The notes beneath the pieces were generated by a model, which was given only the letters and a program-made list of their open reading frames with translations, was not told the origin of the DNA and searched no databases. A DNA stretch of 64,000 nt from Thermoplasmata archaeon (GTDB lineage Archaea > Thermoplasmatota > Thermoplasmata > Lutacidiplasmatales > UBA184): NCBI GenBank assembly GCA_022750435.1, contig JAKIVS010000009.1:6909-70908 (forward strand), in the 5' to 3' direction. Made by a program: the position numbers and the translations under genes. Positions 52,167 to 61,137 of this stretch are shown piece by piece. Position 1 is the stretch's first letter. Each line of letters begins with the position of its first letter.

Positions 52167-53161
52167 GCGAGCGCCTCCGACGGCGCGACCACCCTGAGGT
52201 ACGCATCCTCGAGCGACACGGGGCGGAGGGAGGCCATCACCCCGAGCGACGTGAGACGGGCGAGTTCGTCGACCGTCTCGCGCTCGAACGGGTCGGGGAC
52301 CTCGAACCAGACCGTCGTCGCCTCGCGGAGGCTGACCTTCCACCGAGCTTCGAGGGCGCGGACGGCCTCGGTGCCCGCGGAGGTCAGCCGGTCGGCGTGG
52401 TGGACGATGAGCCGGCCCCGGTACGGGAGTCGGCCCCGGATCTCGTCGACCGTGCCGCTCACGACGAATCGTCCCCCGGCGATGACGACGACGCGGTCGG
52501 CGAGGACTTCGGCCTCCTCGATGTAGTGCGTCGTGAGGAGGATGCCGAGTCCGCGGTCCCGGAGGGTCCGGATCAGCGTCCACACCTGGCGCCGGGCCCC
52601 GGGGTCGAGTCCCGTGGTCGGCTCGTCGAGGAGCATCAGCCGCGGCGTCGCCGCGGCCATGGCGACCGCGACGAGGACCCGCCGCTTCAGTCCCCCGGAG
52701 AGTTCCCGGACGATTTGGCTCCGCTGCTCGGTGAGCCCAACCGCCCGCAGGATTCCATCGACCTCCCGGTCGAGCGTGGCGAGCTCCATCCCTTTGAGCC
52801 GGCCGAAGCAGCGCACGTGCTCCTCGACCGTCAACTCGGAGATCGGCTCGCACTCCTGCGGGATGACCGACAAGAACCGTTTCGCCCGGACGGGGTCCGC
52901 GACGATGTCGACGCCGGCGACGTGGATCGACCCCTCGGTCGGGAGGAGCTGGCCGGCGAGTTGGCGAAGGAACGTACTCTTTCCGGCCCCGTTCGGACCG
53001 AGGAGGGCGACGACCTCACCGGAGGAGACCGTGAGGTCGAGAGCGTCGTTCGCGAGGATCTCGCCGCCGACCGGCCCGCGGCGCCGGTAGCGTTTGCAGA
53101 CCCCCTTGGCGAGAAGGACGGGGACCCCGCGAGCGGGACCCGGAACCGAGGAAGCGCTCAC
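52163..53161 (-). CDS. ABC transporter ATP-binding protein
   Basis: Walker A GPNGAGKST, signature LSGGLKRR and Walker B LMLLDEPTTGLD are present. Confidence 0.9.
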   Translation of the reverse strand: MSASSVPGPARGVPVLLAKGVCKRYRRRGPVGGEILANDALDLTVSSGEVVALLGPNGAGKSTFLRQLAGQLLPTEGSIHVAGVDIVADPVRAKRFLSVIPQECEPISELTVEEHVRCFGRLKGMELATLDREVDGILRAVGLTEQRSQIVRELSGGLKRRVLVAVAMAAATPRLMLLDEPTTGLDPGARRQVWTLIRTLRDRGLGILLTTHYIEEAEVLADRVVVIAGGRFVVSGTVDEIRGRLPYRGRLIVHHADRLTSAGTEAVRALEARWKVSLREATTVWFEVPDPFERETVDELARLTSLGVMASLRPVSLEDAYLRVVAPSEALA

Positions 53162-53222
53162 CGTGCCGGTCGACGTCCGCGGGAGATAATGGGGGAGCGC
53201 ACGACCGGTGAGCGCCGGAGGC

Positions 53223-53549
53223 TCACGAGTAGCGCGGGATCGACGGGTCGACCTTCCGGGACCACGCGTCGATGCCGCCGTCGAGGTTCCCGAGCTCCTT
53301 GTACCCTTGCCCTTCCAGGTAGCTCGCGACCATCAGCGACCGCCCACCATGGTGGCAGTACACGATGACCCGCTTGTCCTTCGGCAGCTCGGCGAGCCGC
53401 GCCGGCACCTCGTTCATCGGGATGTGCAGCGAGGGTTCGATCCGGGCGACCTCGCGCTCGTCCGGCTCCCGGACGTCGAGGAGGACCGCGTCGTTGGGAC
53501 GGGCGCGGAGCAGCTCGGCGAGCTCTTCCGGCCGGACGGTGGCGACCAC
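53223..53549 (-). CDS. Rhodanese-domain sulfurtransferase
   Basis: 108 aa. LLDVREPDE is present, with the active-site loop VYCHHGGRS. Confidence 0.85.
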   Translation of the reverse strand: MVATVRPEELAELLRARPNDAVLLDVREPDEREVARIEPSLHIPMNEVPARLAELPKDKRVIVYCHHGGRSLMVASYLEGQGYKELGNLDGGIDAWSRKVDPSIPRYS

Positions 53550-53668
53550 GACCGTCCGGAACGGCCGACGTGGATAGAGCTTGCGGAGAACGCCGGGCGC
53601 GTCGCGGGCGACGGGGCCAGCGCCGCTTCATGTAGGCCCCCCGGCTCGGTAGGGAGGAGGTGCTCCAC

Positions 53669-53824
53669 GTGAAGGTCCGCGACCCGGTGTGCGGCATGAC
53701 GATCGAGGCGGAGAAGGCGGCAGCAAACGGAACGTACGGCGGCCAGACCGTCTACTTCTGCGCCGTGGCGTGCCAGCGGAAGTACGAGCGCGAGCACGCT
53801 GCGGGCGCCGCGAAGGCGCACTAG
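53669..53824 (+). CDS. TRASH/YHS-domain small metal-binding protein (51 aa; not in the ORF track)
   Basis: Own translation: MKVRDPVCGMTIEAEKAAANGTYGGQTVYFCAVACQRKYEREHAAGAAKAH. DPVCGM...YYFC..C is the YHS/TRASH pattern. The GTG start is preceded by GGAGGTG (53656-53662) with a 6-nt spacer. The stop at 53822-53824 lies 23 nt before copA. Confidence 0.72.
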   Translation: MKVRDPVCGMTIEAEKAAANGTYGGQTVYFCAVACQRKYEREHAAGAAKAH

Positions 53825-53847
53825 CGCGCCGTCGTCCCGCAGGCGCC

Positions 53848-55947
53848 ATGGCGACCGACCCTGTCTGCGGGATGTACGTCGACCCGCGCACGGCGACCCT
53901 CCGGCTGGAGCGCGAAAACCGGACCTACTACTTCTGCGCCGAGGCGTGCCTCGAGTCGTTCGCGCGGCCCGAGCTCCATCGGGCGCGGCTCGCCCGACAG
54001 CTCACGGTCGCCTGGCCCCTCGCGGTGGTCGTCGCGGTCCTGACCTACACCACGCCGTTCCCGCTGTGGCCGTGGGTCGCGCTCCTCGCCGCTTCCGTCG
54101 TGCAGACCTACGCCGGCCGGCCGTTCTACCGGGGGCTGTGGGACGCGATCCGGAGCCGGACCGGCAACATGGACGTCCTGATCGCCGTGGCGACGTCGGC
54201 GGCGTTCGGCTACAGCGTCGCGGTCGTGGTGCTTCCGGGTCACCTTCCGCCGGCGTTGTACTTCGACGCGTCCTCCCTCATCCTGGCGCTCATCCTCACC
54301 GGGAACTTTCTCGAGCAACGGACCCGCGAACGGTCGACCTCCGTCCTGCGCGCCCTCTGGGAGCTCCTACCTGCGGAGGCCACCCGCGTGACGGGGCTCG
54401 GGGAGGATCGGGTGTCGCTCGACCTCCTCTCGGAGGGAGAACTCGTCCGCATCCGACCCAACGAACGGGTCCCGTGCGATGGGGTCGTGCGGACCGGTCG
54501 TTCGTGGAACGACGAATCGGTGGTGACCGGTGAGAGCGGTCCGGTCCCGAAGGGCCCCGGCGACCGCGTGGTCGGCGGAAGCCGCAACGGCGACGGGCTT
54601 CTCGACGTCGAAGTGACCGCGGTCGGCTCCGGCTCCTTCCTCGGGGAAGTCGGTCGACTCGTGACCGAGGCGGAGTCGAACCGGATGCCGCTCCGGCGGC
54701 TTGCGGACCGGGTCGCGACGTGGTTCGCGCCGCTCGTCCTCGGACTGGCCGTGCTGGCGGCCGTCGCGTGGGGCCTTGTCGGACACGCCCCGCTCGGCAC
54801 GTGCGTCCTGATCTTCGTAACCGTCGCGATTACCGCCTGCCCCTGCGCGTTCGGGATCGCCACCCCGGCCGCGATCGCCGTCGGCGCCGGACGGGCGGCC
54901 GAGGCGGGGATCCTGTTCCGGGGCGAGGAGACGATCGAGCGACTTGCCCGTGCCGACCTTGTCCTGGCCGACAAGACCGGCACGCTGACGCTCGGACGAC
55001 CTCGGGTGGCCCAGGTCGTGGCGAAGGACGCCGCCGCGGAGTCGCGCGTCCTGGCCATCGCGGCCACTCTCTCCACCGGCGCCGACCATCCACTGGCCCG
55101 CGCCGTCACCGCCGAGCGGGTTCGGCAGGGCCTCCCCGTCTCCACCCCGTCCCAGCTGCGCGTGGTTCCGGGGGTGGGCGTGGAAGGGACCGTCGACGGC
55201 CGAGCCGCATCGTTCGGCCGGGCGGGCGACGGTTCCCCGCCGGAGCCGTGGCTCGGACGCGCGTTGGCCCGCGCGGACGCGGCGGGAGAGAGCGCGTCCG
55301 TCGTTCGGTGGAATGGGACGGCGATTGGGCTGGTCACCTTTGAGGATGAGCTAGCGCCCGGCGTGGCGGACGCTGTCCAGGCTCTCTCCGCCCTCGGCGT
55401 GCCGGTCGAACTCGTCACCGGCGACCGGCCGGCGCCGGCCGCGCGGGTCGCAGGCTCCCTTGGGATTCGGACGGTGTACGCCGGCGTCTCTCCGGGGGGG
55501 AAGGCCGCCCTCGTCCGGCAGCGCCGCTCGGAGGGCCACGTCGTCGCGTTCGTCGGCGACGGCGTGAACGATGCTGGCGCCCTCACCGAGGCGGACGTGG
55601 GCATCGCGATCGGTTCGGGGACCAACGTTGCTCGCGAGGCCGGGGGGGTCCTCCTTGTTCGCTCCGACTTCTCCGGAGTTCCGGACGCGATCCGGGTGGC
55701 GCGCGCCACCGTCGGGAAGGTCCGTCAGAATCTCGGGTGGGCGTTCGGGTACAACGCGGTTCTTCTGCCCGTCGCCGCGGGGCTTCTGATCCCGTGGCTC
55801 GGATTCGGAATCTATACGGTTCTGCCGCTCGTGGGCGCGCTCGCGATGGCGTTCTCCTCGACGTCGGTGGTCCTCAATTCGTTGTCGTTGCGCGGTCTGC
55901 GCCTCGCCCGCGCCCTCCCGGCACTCACGCCCGGTTCGACCGCCTAG
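53848..55947 (+). CDS. copA: Copper-translocating P1B-type ATPase with N-terminal TRASH/YHS domain
   Basis: Starts at ATG 53848 (MATDPVCGMYVDPRTA...YYFCAEAC) inside ORF 53689..55947. TGES, CPC (ITACPCAFGIATP), DKTGTLT, ADHPLA and GDGVNDAGAL are present. Confidence 0.93.
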   Translation: MATDPVCGMYVDPRTATLRLERENRTYYFCAEACLESFARPELHRARLARQLTVAWPLAVVVAVLTYTTPFPLWPWVALLAASVVQTYAGRPFYRGLWDAIRSRTGNMDVLIAVATSAAFGYSVAVVVLPGHLPPALYFDASSLILALILTGNFLEQRTRERSTSVLRALWELLPAEATRVTGLGEDRVSLDLLSEGELVRIRPNERVPCDGVVRTGRSWNDESVVTGESGPVPKGPGDRVVGGSRNGDGLLDVEVTAVGSGSFLGEVGRLVTEAESNRMPLRRLADRVATWFAPLVLGLAVLAAVAWGLVGHAPLGTCVLIFVTVAITACPCAFGIATPAAIAVGAGRAAEAGILFRGEETIERLARADLVLADKTGTLTLGRPRVAQVVAKDAAAESRVLAIAATLSTGADHPLARAVTAERVRQGLPVSTPSQLRVVPGVGVEGTVDGRAASFGRAGDGSPPEPWLGRALARADAAGESASVVRWNGTAIGLVTFEDELAPGVADAVQALSALGVPVELVTGDRPAPAARVAGSLGIRTVYAGVSPGGKAALVRQRRSEGHVVAFVGDGVNDAGALTEADVGIAIGSGTNVAREAGGVLLVRSDFSGVPDAIRVARATVGKVRQNLGWAFGYNAVLLPVAAGLLIPWLGFGIYTVLPLVGALAMAFSSTSVVLNSLSLRGLRLARALPALTPGSTA

Positions 55948-57199
55948 GGAGCCGGCGTCCCGCGGAGAGGAGCAGGCCGATCGCGGGCAGCCCGGGGGCG
56001 CACAGCACGGCCCAGAGCTCGACCGGGTTGTGGATTGTGGCGAGGGCCACCCCCCCGACGACGATCGCGAGGAGGCTCCCGATCCCGGCGATCGTGGAGA
56101 AGGCCCCGTTGTACGCCCCGACCTCGGAGCGCGGGGCGACGTTCGAGGGGAGAGTCGAGAACGGAATCGAGGTCAGGTTCTCGCCCAAGGTGAGGACGAT
56201 CACCGCCGCGAAGAACACCGCGATCGCGCCGACGGCGAGGAGGGCCGCGACGCCGAGGGCGAGAAACGCGATCATGTAGGCGCCGACGCCCGCCACGGCC
56301 AGGGCAGTGTGCTGGCGACCGATCGCCATCTGCGTCGTCGGGACCTGGCCGAACACGACCACGAGGCCGTTCGTCGCGAACCCGAGCCCCAGCAGGGAGT
56401 ACGGGAGGCCGAGCGGTCCGACGACGAACAGGGAGAAGGTCACGCTCCACTGGTTGAGGGTGACATAGGCCAGGGCGGCCGCGATGCAGAACAGAAGGAA
56501 CGCGCGGTCGTGCCGCAGGACCCTCAGGCTGTCGCGGACCGAGCCGGGCCGGCTCGACGGAGCGGCGTCGGGGGGTCGCGCGGCTCGAAGGCCGATGTCG
56601 TACGGCGAGGGTTCGAGCGTCGCCGTCAGGTATGCGGTCCCGACAAGCGTCGCCGCCCCGGCGCCCCATGCGACCGGCGCAAACCCGAGAACGACGAGCA
56701 GGAGGCCGCCCGTCGAGACCCCGAGAGCGAATCCAACGTTCCAGCCGACGCGTTGCCATGTGAAGGCGCGGGTGCGCATCGATCCCGAGGTGAAGTCGCT
56801 CACGTAGGCGGCGATCGCCGGGCCGCCGAGGTTGCCGGCGACCCCCGAGGCGGCGAACGCCGCGAGCACGCCGGGGAAGGAGTGAGCGGCCATCGCGAAC
56901 CCGGCCGCAAAGATCGAACTCCCTTCGACGGCGAAGGCGACCAGGAACAGTCTCCGGCGTCCCACCCGGTCGGCGAGGAGACCCCCGACCCCGCCGATGA
57001 ACAGAGGCGGGACGCCGATCGCGGCGACGATCAGCCCGATCTCGACGTACCCGACGAGGAGGACGTCGTGGAGGTAGAGGGCGAGGAACGGTCCGATGAG
57101 GGAGAGGCCCAACGCCCGGAGACCCGCGCCGACCGTGATCCGTCGGAGATTCGGGGTGAGCCCGAGCCGCACGGTCGCGGTGTCGGGGACGCTCGCCAT
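55925..57199 (-). CDS. MFS transporter
   Basis: Starts at ATG 57199 (MASVPDTATV...). It has ~12 TM helices and GGLLADRVGRRRLF (the MFS loop 2-3 motif). Confidence 0.8.
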   Translation of the reverse strand: MASVPDTATVRLGLTPNLRRITVGAGLRALGLSLIGPFLALYLHDVLLVGYVEIGLIVAAIGVPPLFIGGVGGLLADRVGRRRLFLVAFAVEGSSIFAAGFAMAAHSFPGVLAAFAASGVAGNLGGPAIAAYVSDFTSGSMRTRAFTWQRVGWNVGFALGVSTGGLLLVVLGFAPVAWGAGAATLVGTAYLTATLEPSPYDIGLRAARPPDAAPSSRPGSVRDSLRVLRHDRAFLLFCIAAALAYVTLNQWSVTFSLFVVGPLGLPYSLLGLGFATNGLVVVFGQVPTTQMAIGRQHTALAVAGVGAYMIAFLALGVAALLAVGAIAVFFAAVIVLTLGENLTSIPFSTLPSNVAPRSEVGAYNGAFSTIAGIGSLLAIVVGGVALATIHNPVELWAVLCAPGLPAIGLLLSAGRRLPRRSNRA

Positions 57200-57273
57200 C
57201 GTGGGCCTCCGGTCGCCGGGGCACCGTCGGCCATGGAACACTTAAGCCGCGCCGGGCTCGTCGGGAACCCTCC

Positions 57274-58248
57274 ATGGGCGACCAGGACTTGGCGGGCGAC
57301 CTGGCCGGCCAAGGGTACCAGTTGACCGGGCGCCACAGCGCGGTCAAGCTCTGCTACTGGACGCGCCAGTCGCTCACGCAGGGGCGGGATTGCTACAAGG
57401 GCCGGTTCTACGGCATCGAGAGCCACCGGTGCCTGCAGATGTCGCCGGCGATCGACTCGTGCAATCTCCACTGCCGGTTCTGCTGGCGGAGCCAGGGGTG
57501 GGAGAACGACGAGACGATGACGGAGTACGACGACCCCGAGGTGCTGCTCGACCGGTCGATCGAGGCGCAGCGCAGGATCCTCTCCGGCTTCAAGGGCGAG
57601 GCGTCGGTCGACCCCGAGCGGTGGGCGGAGTCCCAATCGCCGCGCCACGTGGCGATCTCCCTGACGGGCGAGCCGACCCTGTATCCGAAGATGAACCGGT
57701 TCCTCGAGCTGTGCGCCGAGAAGGGGATCACGACCTTCCTGGTGACGAACGGAACGAATCCGGATGCACTGCGCGCGATGGACCCGCTCCCGACCCAGCT
57801 ATACGTCAGCGTCACGGCGCCGAACCCCGAAGTGTTCCGGCGCCTCACGGCTCCGAGCGACGTTCACGCGTGGGACCGATTGCTCGAATCGCTCGAGATC
57901 GTCCGCGGGCTCCGGACCCGCCGGGTCGTCCGCCACACCCTCGTGCGCGGGTGGAACTTGGGCTGGGTCGACCAATACGCCGAGCTCGACCTGATCGCCC
58001 GACCGGATTTTGTCGAACCGAAGGGATACGTCTACATGGGCCGGTCGCGCCAGCGCCTCGGCCGCTCGCACGTCCCGTCGCACGGAGAGATCCGCTCGTT
58101 CGCGACGTCGCTCGCGCTGCGTACTGGGTACCGCTGCCTCGACGAATCCCCCGAATCCAAAGTGGTGCTCCTCGGTTCGCCGGGCGGCGCCGAACGATTC
58201 CTCCCGGGACTCGGCCCGGCGGACGCCGAGGCCGCGGCCCTGGCCTGA
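57274..58248 (+). CDS. taw1: Radical SAM tRNA 4-demethylwyosine synthase Taw1 (TYW1 homologue)
   Basis: 324 aa. The radical-SAM cluster is CNLHCRFC. KLCYW...CYK...FYGIESHRC upstream and LTGEPTLYP, FLVTNGT, EPKGYVYMG follow the Taw1 pattern. Confidence 0.85.
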   Translation: MGDQDLAGDLAGQGYQLTGRHSAVKLCYWTRQSLTQGRDCYKGRFYGIESHRCLQMSPAIDSCNLHCRFCWRSQGWENDETMTEYDDPEVLLDRSIEAQRRILSGFKGEASVDPERWAESQSPRHVAISLTGEPTLYPKMNRFLELCAEKGITTFLVTNGTNPDALRAMDPLPTQLYVSVTAPNPEVFRRLTAPSDVHAWDRLLESLEIVRGLRTRRVVRHTLVRGWNLGWVDQYAELDLIARPDFVEPKGYVYMGRSRQRLGRSHVPSHGEIRSFATSLALRTGYRCLDESPESKVVLLGSPGGAERFLPGLGPADAEAAALA

Positions 58249-58320
58249 ACGGCCCCGATCCCTCGGCCCAGCGCCGTCCCCACGCCAAGGTACTTACGCC
58301 GCAGCGCAATCGGGGTTCGA

Positions 58321-59109
58321 ATGACGCCGACGACGTCCGGCACCGCGCTTCGGGTCCGTCGAAGCTCTCGCCTCCCCGCTCGGTTCGCGCTCTACCCGAT
58401 GGCGCTGCTCGGGCTTGTCACCGCCCTCGTCGTGGCCGCGCCGCTCGCCGAGTCGGCGCCCGTCGTCACATTGGCCGCCCCGTTTTCCGGGACTCCGTTC
58501 CAGACGATTTCCTACTACCACCAGGGATGCGGGTCCAATCTTGTCGTCCACGACCTGCTCTTCTCCGCGAGCACCGGCCGGGCGCACCTGAACCAGGAGT
58601 CGAACGCGAAGATGTGCAAGTCGACGAAGAACGTCCTCACCATCGTCCAGACGAACACGGACACCGGCCTCAACAGCACGACGTTCAGCCCGGCCACCAC
58701 GGTCGCGTTGGCCCACGTGAAGGTCCATTGGGGGCTGACCTACAACTGGTACATGGGCGCGACGCTCGGGAACTCGTCCCAGACGACCTACTCGTCGTTC
58801 ACGGTCGACGTGCTCGCGACGATCTACGACACGACGACCGGTACGACGTACCTCCCCACCAACGCCTACTCGACGGGAGTGACGATCTCCGACGTGAACG
58901 GGACCTCGCTCAACCACATCACGGCGGCGCCGGCCGAGTTGTTCTTCAACCTGAGCCTTTCGTCGACCCACCTCTACCAGTTCAACACCTCGCTCGAAAT
59001 CGTCACGACGGTCGACACGATCGGTCCGCAGAGCAGCGCGTTCGTGGACGTCCTGTTCTACGACCCCGTCCTTTCGGACCGGGCGAACCTCAACTGGGTG
59101 ATGTACTAG
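58321..59109 (+). CDS. Secreted protein, unknown function (T/N/S/Y-rich)
   Basis: 262 aa. The signal peptide is RLPARFALYPMALLGLVTALVVAAPLAES. It has several sequons (NST, NSS, NGT, NLS, NTS). GC3 is high although overall GC is lower because of the amino-acid composition. Confidence 0.6.
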   Translation: MTPTTSGTALRVRRSSRLPARFALYPMALLGLVTALVVAAPLAESAPVVTLAAPFSGTPFQTISYYHQGCGSNLVVHDLLFSASTGRAHLNQESNAKMCKSTKNVLTIVQTNTDTGLNSTTFSPATTVALAHVKVHWGLTYNWYMGATLGNSSQTTYSSFTVDVLATIYDTTTGTTYLPTNAYSTGVTISDVNGTSLNHITAAPAELFFNLSLSSTHLYQFNTSLEIVTTVDTIGPQSSAFVDVLFYDPVLSDRANLNWVMY

Positions 59110-59177
59110 CCTGCACGGTCCGAGACCTCGACCTGGACCGAGGCGGATTCCCGCCGGCCCGAACCACCCCGGAGGTC

Positions 59178-59229
59178 GGTGGACCCGGTCCACCGAACAC
59201 GAGACGCGTCCCCGAGGATTCCCTCGGGG
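59178..59229. terminator. Two GC hairpins in the convergent gap between 58321..59109 and Sec61-beta
   Basis: GGTGGACC-C-GGTCCACC (59178-59194) and CCCCGAGG-ATTC-CCTCGGGG (59210-59229). The second abuts the Sec61-beta stop codon. There are no U-tracts, so the function is inferred only. Confidence 0.3.
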
Positions 59230-59230
59230 G

Positions 59231-59395
59231 TTACGTCAATTTCCAGTTCAGGATCTCGACGACGATCGCGGCGCCGATGCCGAACACGACGACGAGGTAC
59301 GGGTCGATCTTGAGCGCCCGCGTCTCCTCCATGTCGTAGTACTGGATGAGACCCGCCGCCGAGTGGAACCCGGTCTTGCGGTTGTCGGCTGGCAT
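59231..59395 (-). CDS. Preprotein translocase Sec61 beta subunit (archaeal SecG/Sec-beta), 54 aa; not in the ORF track
   Basis: Own codon-by-codon translation: MPADNRKTGFHSAAGLIQYYDMEETRALKIDPYLVVVFGIGAAIVVEILNWKLT. S-AGL-x-YY/F-D/E ... K-[IV]-x-P followed by a C-terminal TM is the archaeal Sec61-beta pattern. The start is ATG and the stop is TAA. Confidence 0.8.
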   Translation of the reverse strand: MPADNRKTGFHSAAGLIQYYDMEETRALKIDPYLVVVFGIGAAIVVEILNWKLT

Positions 59396-59446
59396 CGTTC
59401 GGTTCCACCGGGCCGCGGTATATATCGCTGTGCCGGGCGCCGGGGA

Positions 59447-60235
59447 TCACCGGGGGCCGACGATCCCGTCCCAGACGACGTCTTCGACCATGTCGCGGAG
59501 TCCGGTCGAGAGGCCCGGACCGAGGGCGGCCATGCCGCCGGAAAAGAACCGCTCGAGGAACGGGCGCGGCGGGACGACCCGCACCGCCTTCGCGACCGGC
59601 ACGCCGGTGAGCCGGCTGAGTTCGGCCAACGCGTCCTCGCGGTCGCCCAACTGGTCGACGAGGCCGAGCTCCTTCGCCCGGCGGCCGCTCCAGAACTCGC
59701 CCGTCGCGAGCAGTCGGACCTCCTCGACCGGGCGCTTCCGCTCCCGGGCGACCATGGCGACGAACGACTCGTAGGAGTCGTTCGCCACGGCCTGGAGCTT
59801 CGTACGTTCCTCGTCGGAGAGGGGGCGCAGTCCCTGGTAGGCGTCCTTGTGGCGTCCCTCGTGGAGGAGCTCGACGTCGATACCGACCCGTTCGAGCAGT
59901 CGCCGGACGGCGATGTGAGGAAAGATCACGCCGATGGACCCGACGCCACTATCGGGATACGCGAACACCGTGCGCGCCCCAATCGCCGCCATATAGGCGC
60001 CCGAGGCGCCGATGGAACCGATCGTCGCGACGACGGGCTTGACAGCATCGAGCCGCTTGACCGCGAGGTACAGGTCGGTCGACGGGATGTCCCCGCCGCC
60101 GCCCGATGAGATGTCGAACAAGACCCCGCGAACCCGCTTCTTGTCCCGCAGGGCCCGAAGGATCCGAAGGTACGGCTCCACCGACCGCTCCCGAATCGTC
60201 CCTCGGAACTGCACGTGGGCCAGAAGCTCGCGCAT
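59447..60235 (-). CDS. sppA: Signal peptide peptidase SppA (S49 family, short type)
   Basis: Starts at ATG 60235 (MRELLAHVQF...) inside ORF 59447..60736. ISSGGGG, GSIGASGAYMAA (Ser nucleophile), GSIGV and GRHKD are present. Confidence 0.85.
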   Translation of the reverse strand: MRELLAHVQFRGTIRERSVEPYLRILRALRDKKRVRGVLFDISSGGGGDIPSTDLYLAVKRLDAVKPVVATIGSIGASGAYMAAIGARTVFAYPDSGVGSIGVIFPHIAVRRLLERVGIDVELLHEGRHKDAYQGLRPLSDEERTKLQAVANDSYESFVAMVARERKRPVEEVRLLATGEFWSGRRAKELGLVDQLGDREDALAELSRLTGVPVAKAVRVVPPRPFLERFFSGGMAALGPGLSTGLRDMVEDVVWDGIVGPR

Positions 60236-60343
60236 CGTTCGACCTCGTCCCGTCGAGGCCCGTACGGGCATTAACGACTCGCTGACGGTGGGGAAAGGGC
60301 GCGTCGGAGGAGTTATCGCCCTCGAAGCGGCCTCCGGAAGGCA

Positions 60344-60763
60344 GTGGCCGTCTCCCCGAAAGCGCCGCCCGACGCGGCCGACTATCTCGACCGTCAGGTC
60401 CTCCTCCCGGGGCTCCTCGGGGTTTTTCTGATCGTCGGCGCAGGGCTCCTCTGGGCCGGGACCCACGGTGCGGTCGGTGGCTACCTCGCCTTGTTCTGGG
60501 GAGGCATCCTCGCCCTCGTCCTCGGAGTGGCACTGGTCGCCGTCGTCGCGGTCCTCCCGCTCGGTATCGTATCCGTCGGCGGCGTCGTCTGGCTTGTCCT
60601 CGAGCGCGCGGCGCTGACCATCGGATCCCCCTTCGGTTGGGCCGCGCCGGTCCTCGGGGTAGTCGGAGTCCTCCTCCTCCCGGGGCCCATTCGACGGCTC
60701 CGGACGGCCGCCGAGGAACGCCGCGTCTGGAGTCAACTGAAGGGCGGCTCGGTGCCCCCCTGA
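60344..60763 (+). CDS. Hypothetical multi-TM membrane protein
   Basis: 139 aa with a GTG start and 3-4 Gly/Val/Leu-rich helices. The antisense frame (the upper part of ORF 59447..60736) is D/E/R-rich, which is the expected shadow of a membrane gene. Confidence 0.55.
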   Translation: MAVSPKAPPDAADYLDRQVLLPGLLGVFLIVGAGLLWAGTHGAVGGYLALFWGGILALVLGVALVAVVAVLPLGIVSVGGVVWLVLERAALTIGSPFGWAAPVLGVVGVLLLPGPIRRLRTAAEERRVWSQLKGGSVPP

Positions 60764-60804
60764 GGGTGGCCTGTCGATTTAGGGGGAGGTCGGCTGGCCC
60801 GACC

Positions 60805-61137
60805 ATGCCGTTCGGGGACCCCGTCACGCGCCTTCCGAAGACTGAGCTTGCCGGGATCGACGTCTACGTGCAGGACAATGGGACGAGCCAGGTCCTGTTC
60901 ATGGAGCTCCCGAAGGTCCGACCCGAGGCCAACGTGGCCACCCACACCCACGGGATCGAGTGGGGCGTCGTCGTCGAGGGCGAGATTGAGATGACGATCG
61001 ACGGTCGGGTGGAACGACATGGCGCCGGGAGCACGCACCAGATCCCGGCGGGTGTCCCTCACAGCTTCCGATTCCGACCGGGGACGAGCTCGATCCACTG
61101 CTTCCCCGAGCGGCGGGTCAAATTGCCTACCGGCTGA
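60805..61137 (+). CDS. Cupin-domain protein
   Basis: Starts at ATG 60805 (MPFGDPVTRL...). THTHGIEWGVVVEGE...G..H.IPAGVPH fits the cupin two-motif pattern. Confidence 0.7.
   Translation: MPFGDPVTRLPKTELAGIDVYVQDNGTSQVLFMELPKVRPEANVATHTHGIEWGVVVEGEIEMTIDGRVERHGAGSTHQIPAGVPHSFRFRPGTSSIHCFPERRVKLPTG

Noticed and set aside
58300-58330. GGGGTTCGAATGAC, a tRNA T-loop-like GGTTCGAAT motif
   Set aside because: There is no complementary T-stem, acceptor stem or anticodon arm around it. It sits at the start of the 58321..59109 gene. No tRNA could be folded by eye here or in any other gap.
59106-59450. 114-aa minus-strand ORF from the track
   Set aside because: It is a shadow of the 54-aa Sec61-beta gene in another frame and is R/D/G-rich.
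60236-60736. N-terminal 167-aa extension of the SppA ORF (59447..60736)
   Set aside because: The extension is extremely D/E/R/P-rich and is the antisense image of a plausible plus-strand membrane protein (60344..60763). SppA homology begins at ATG 60235.
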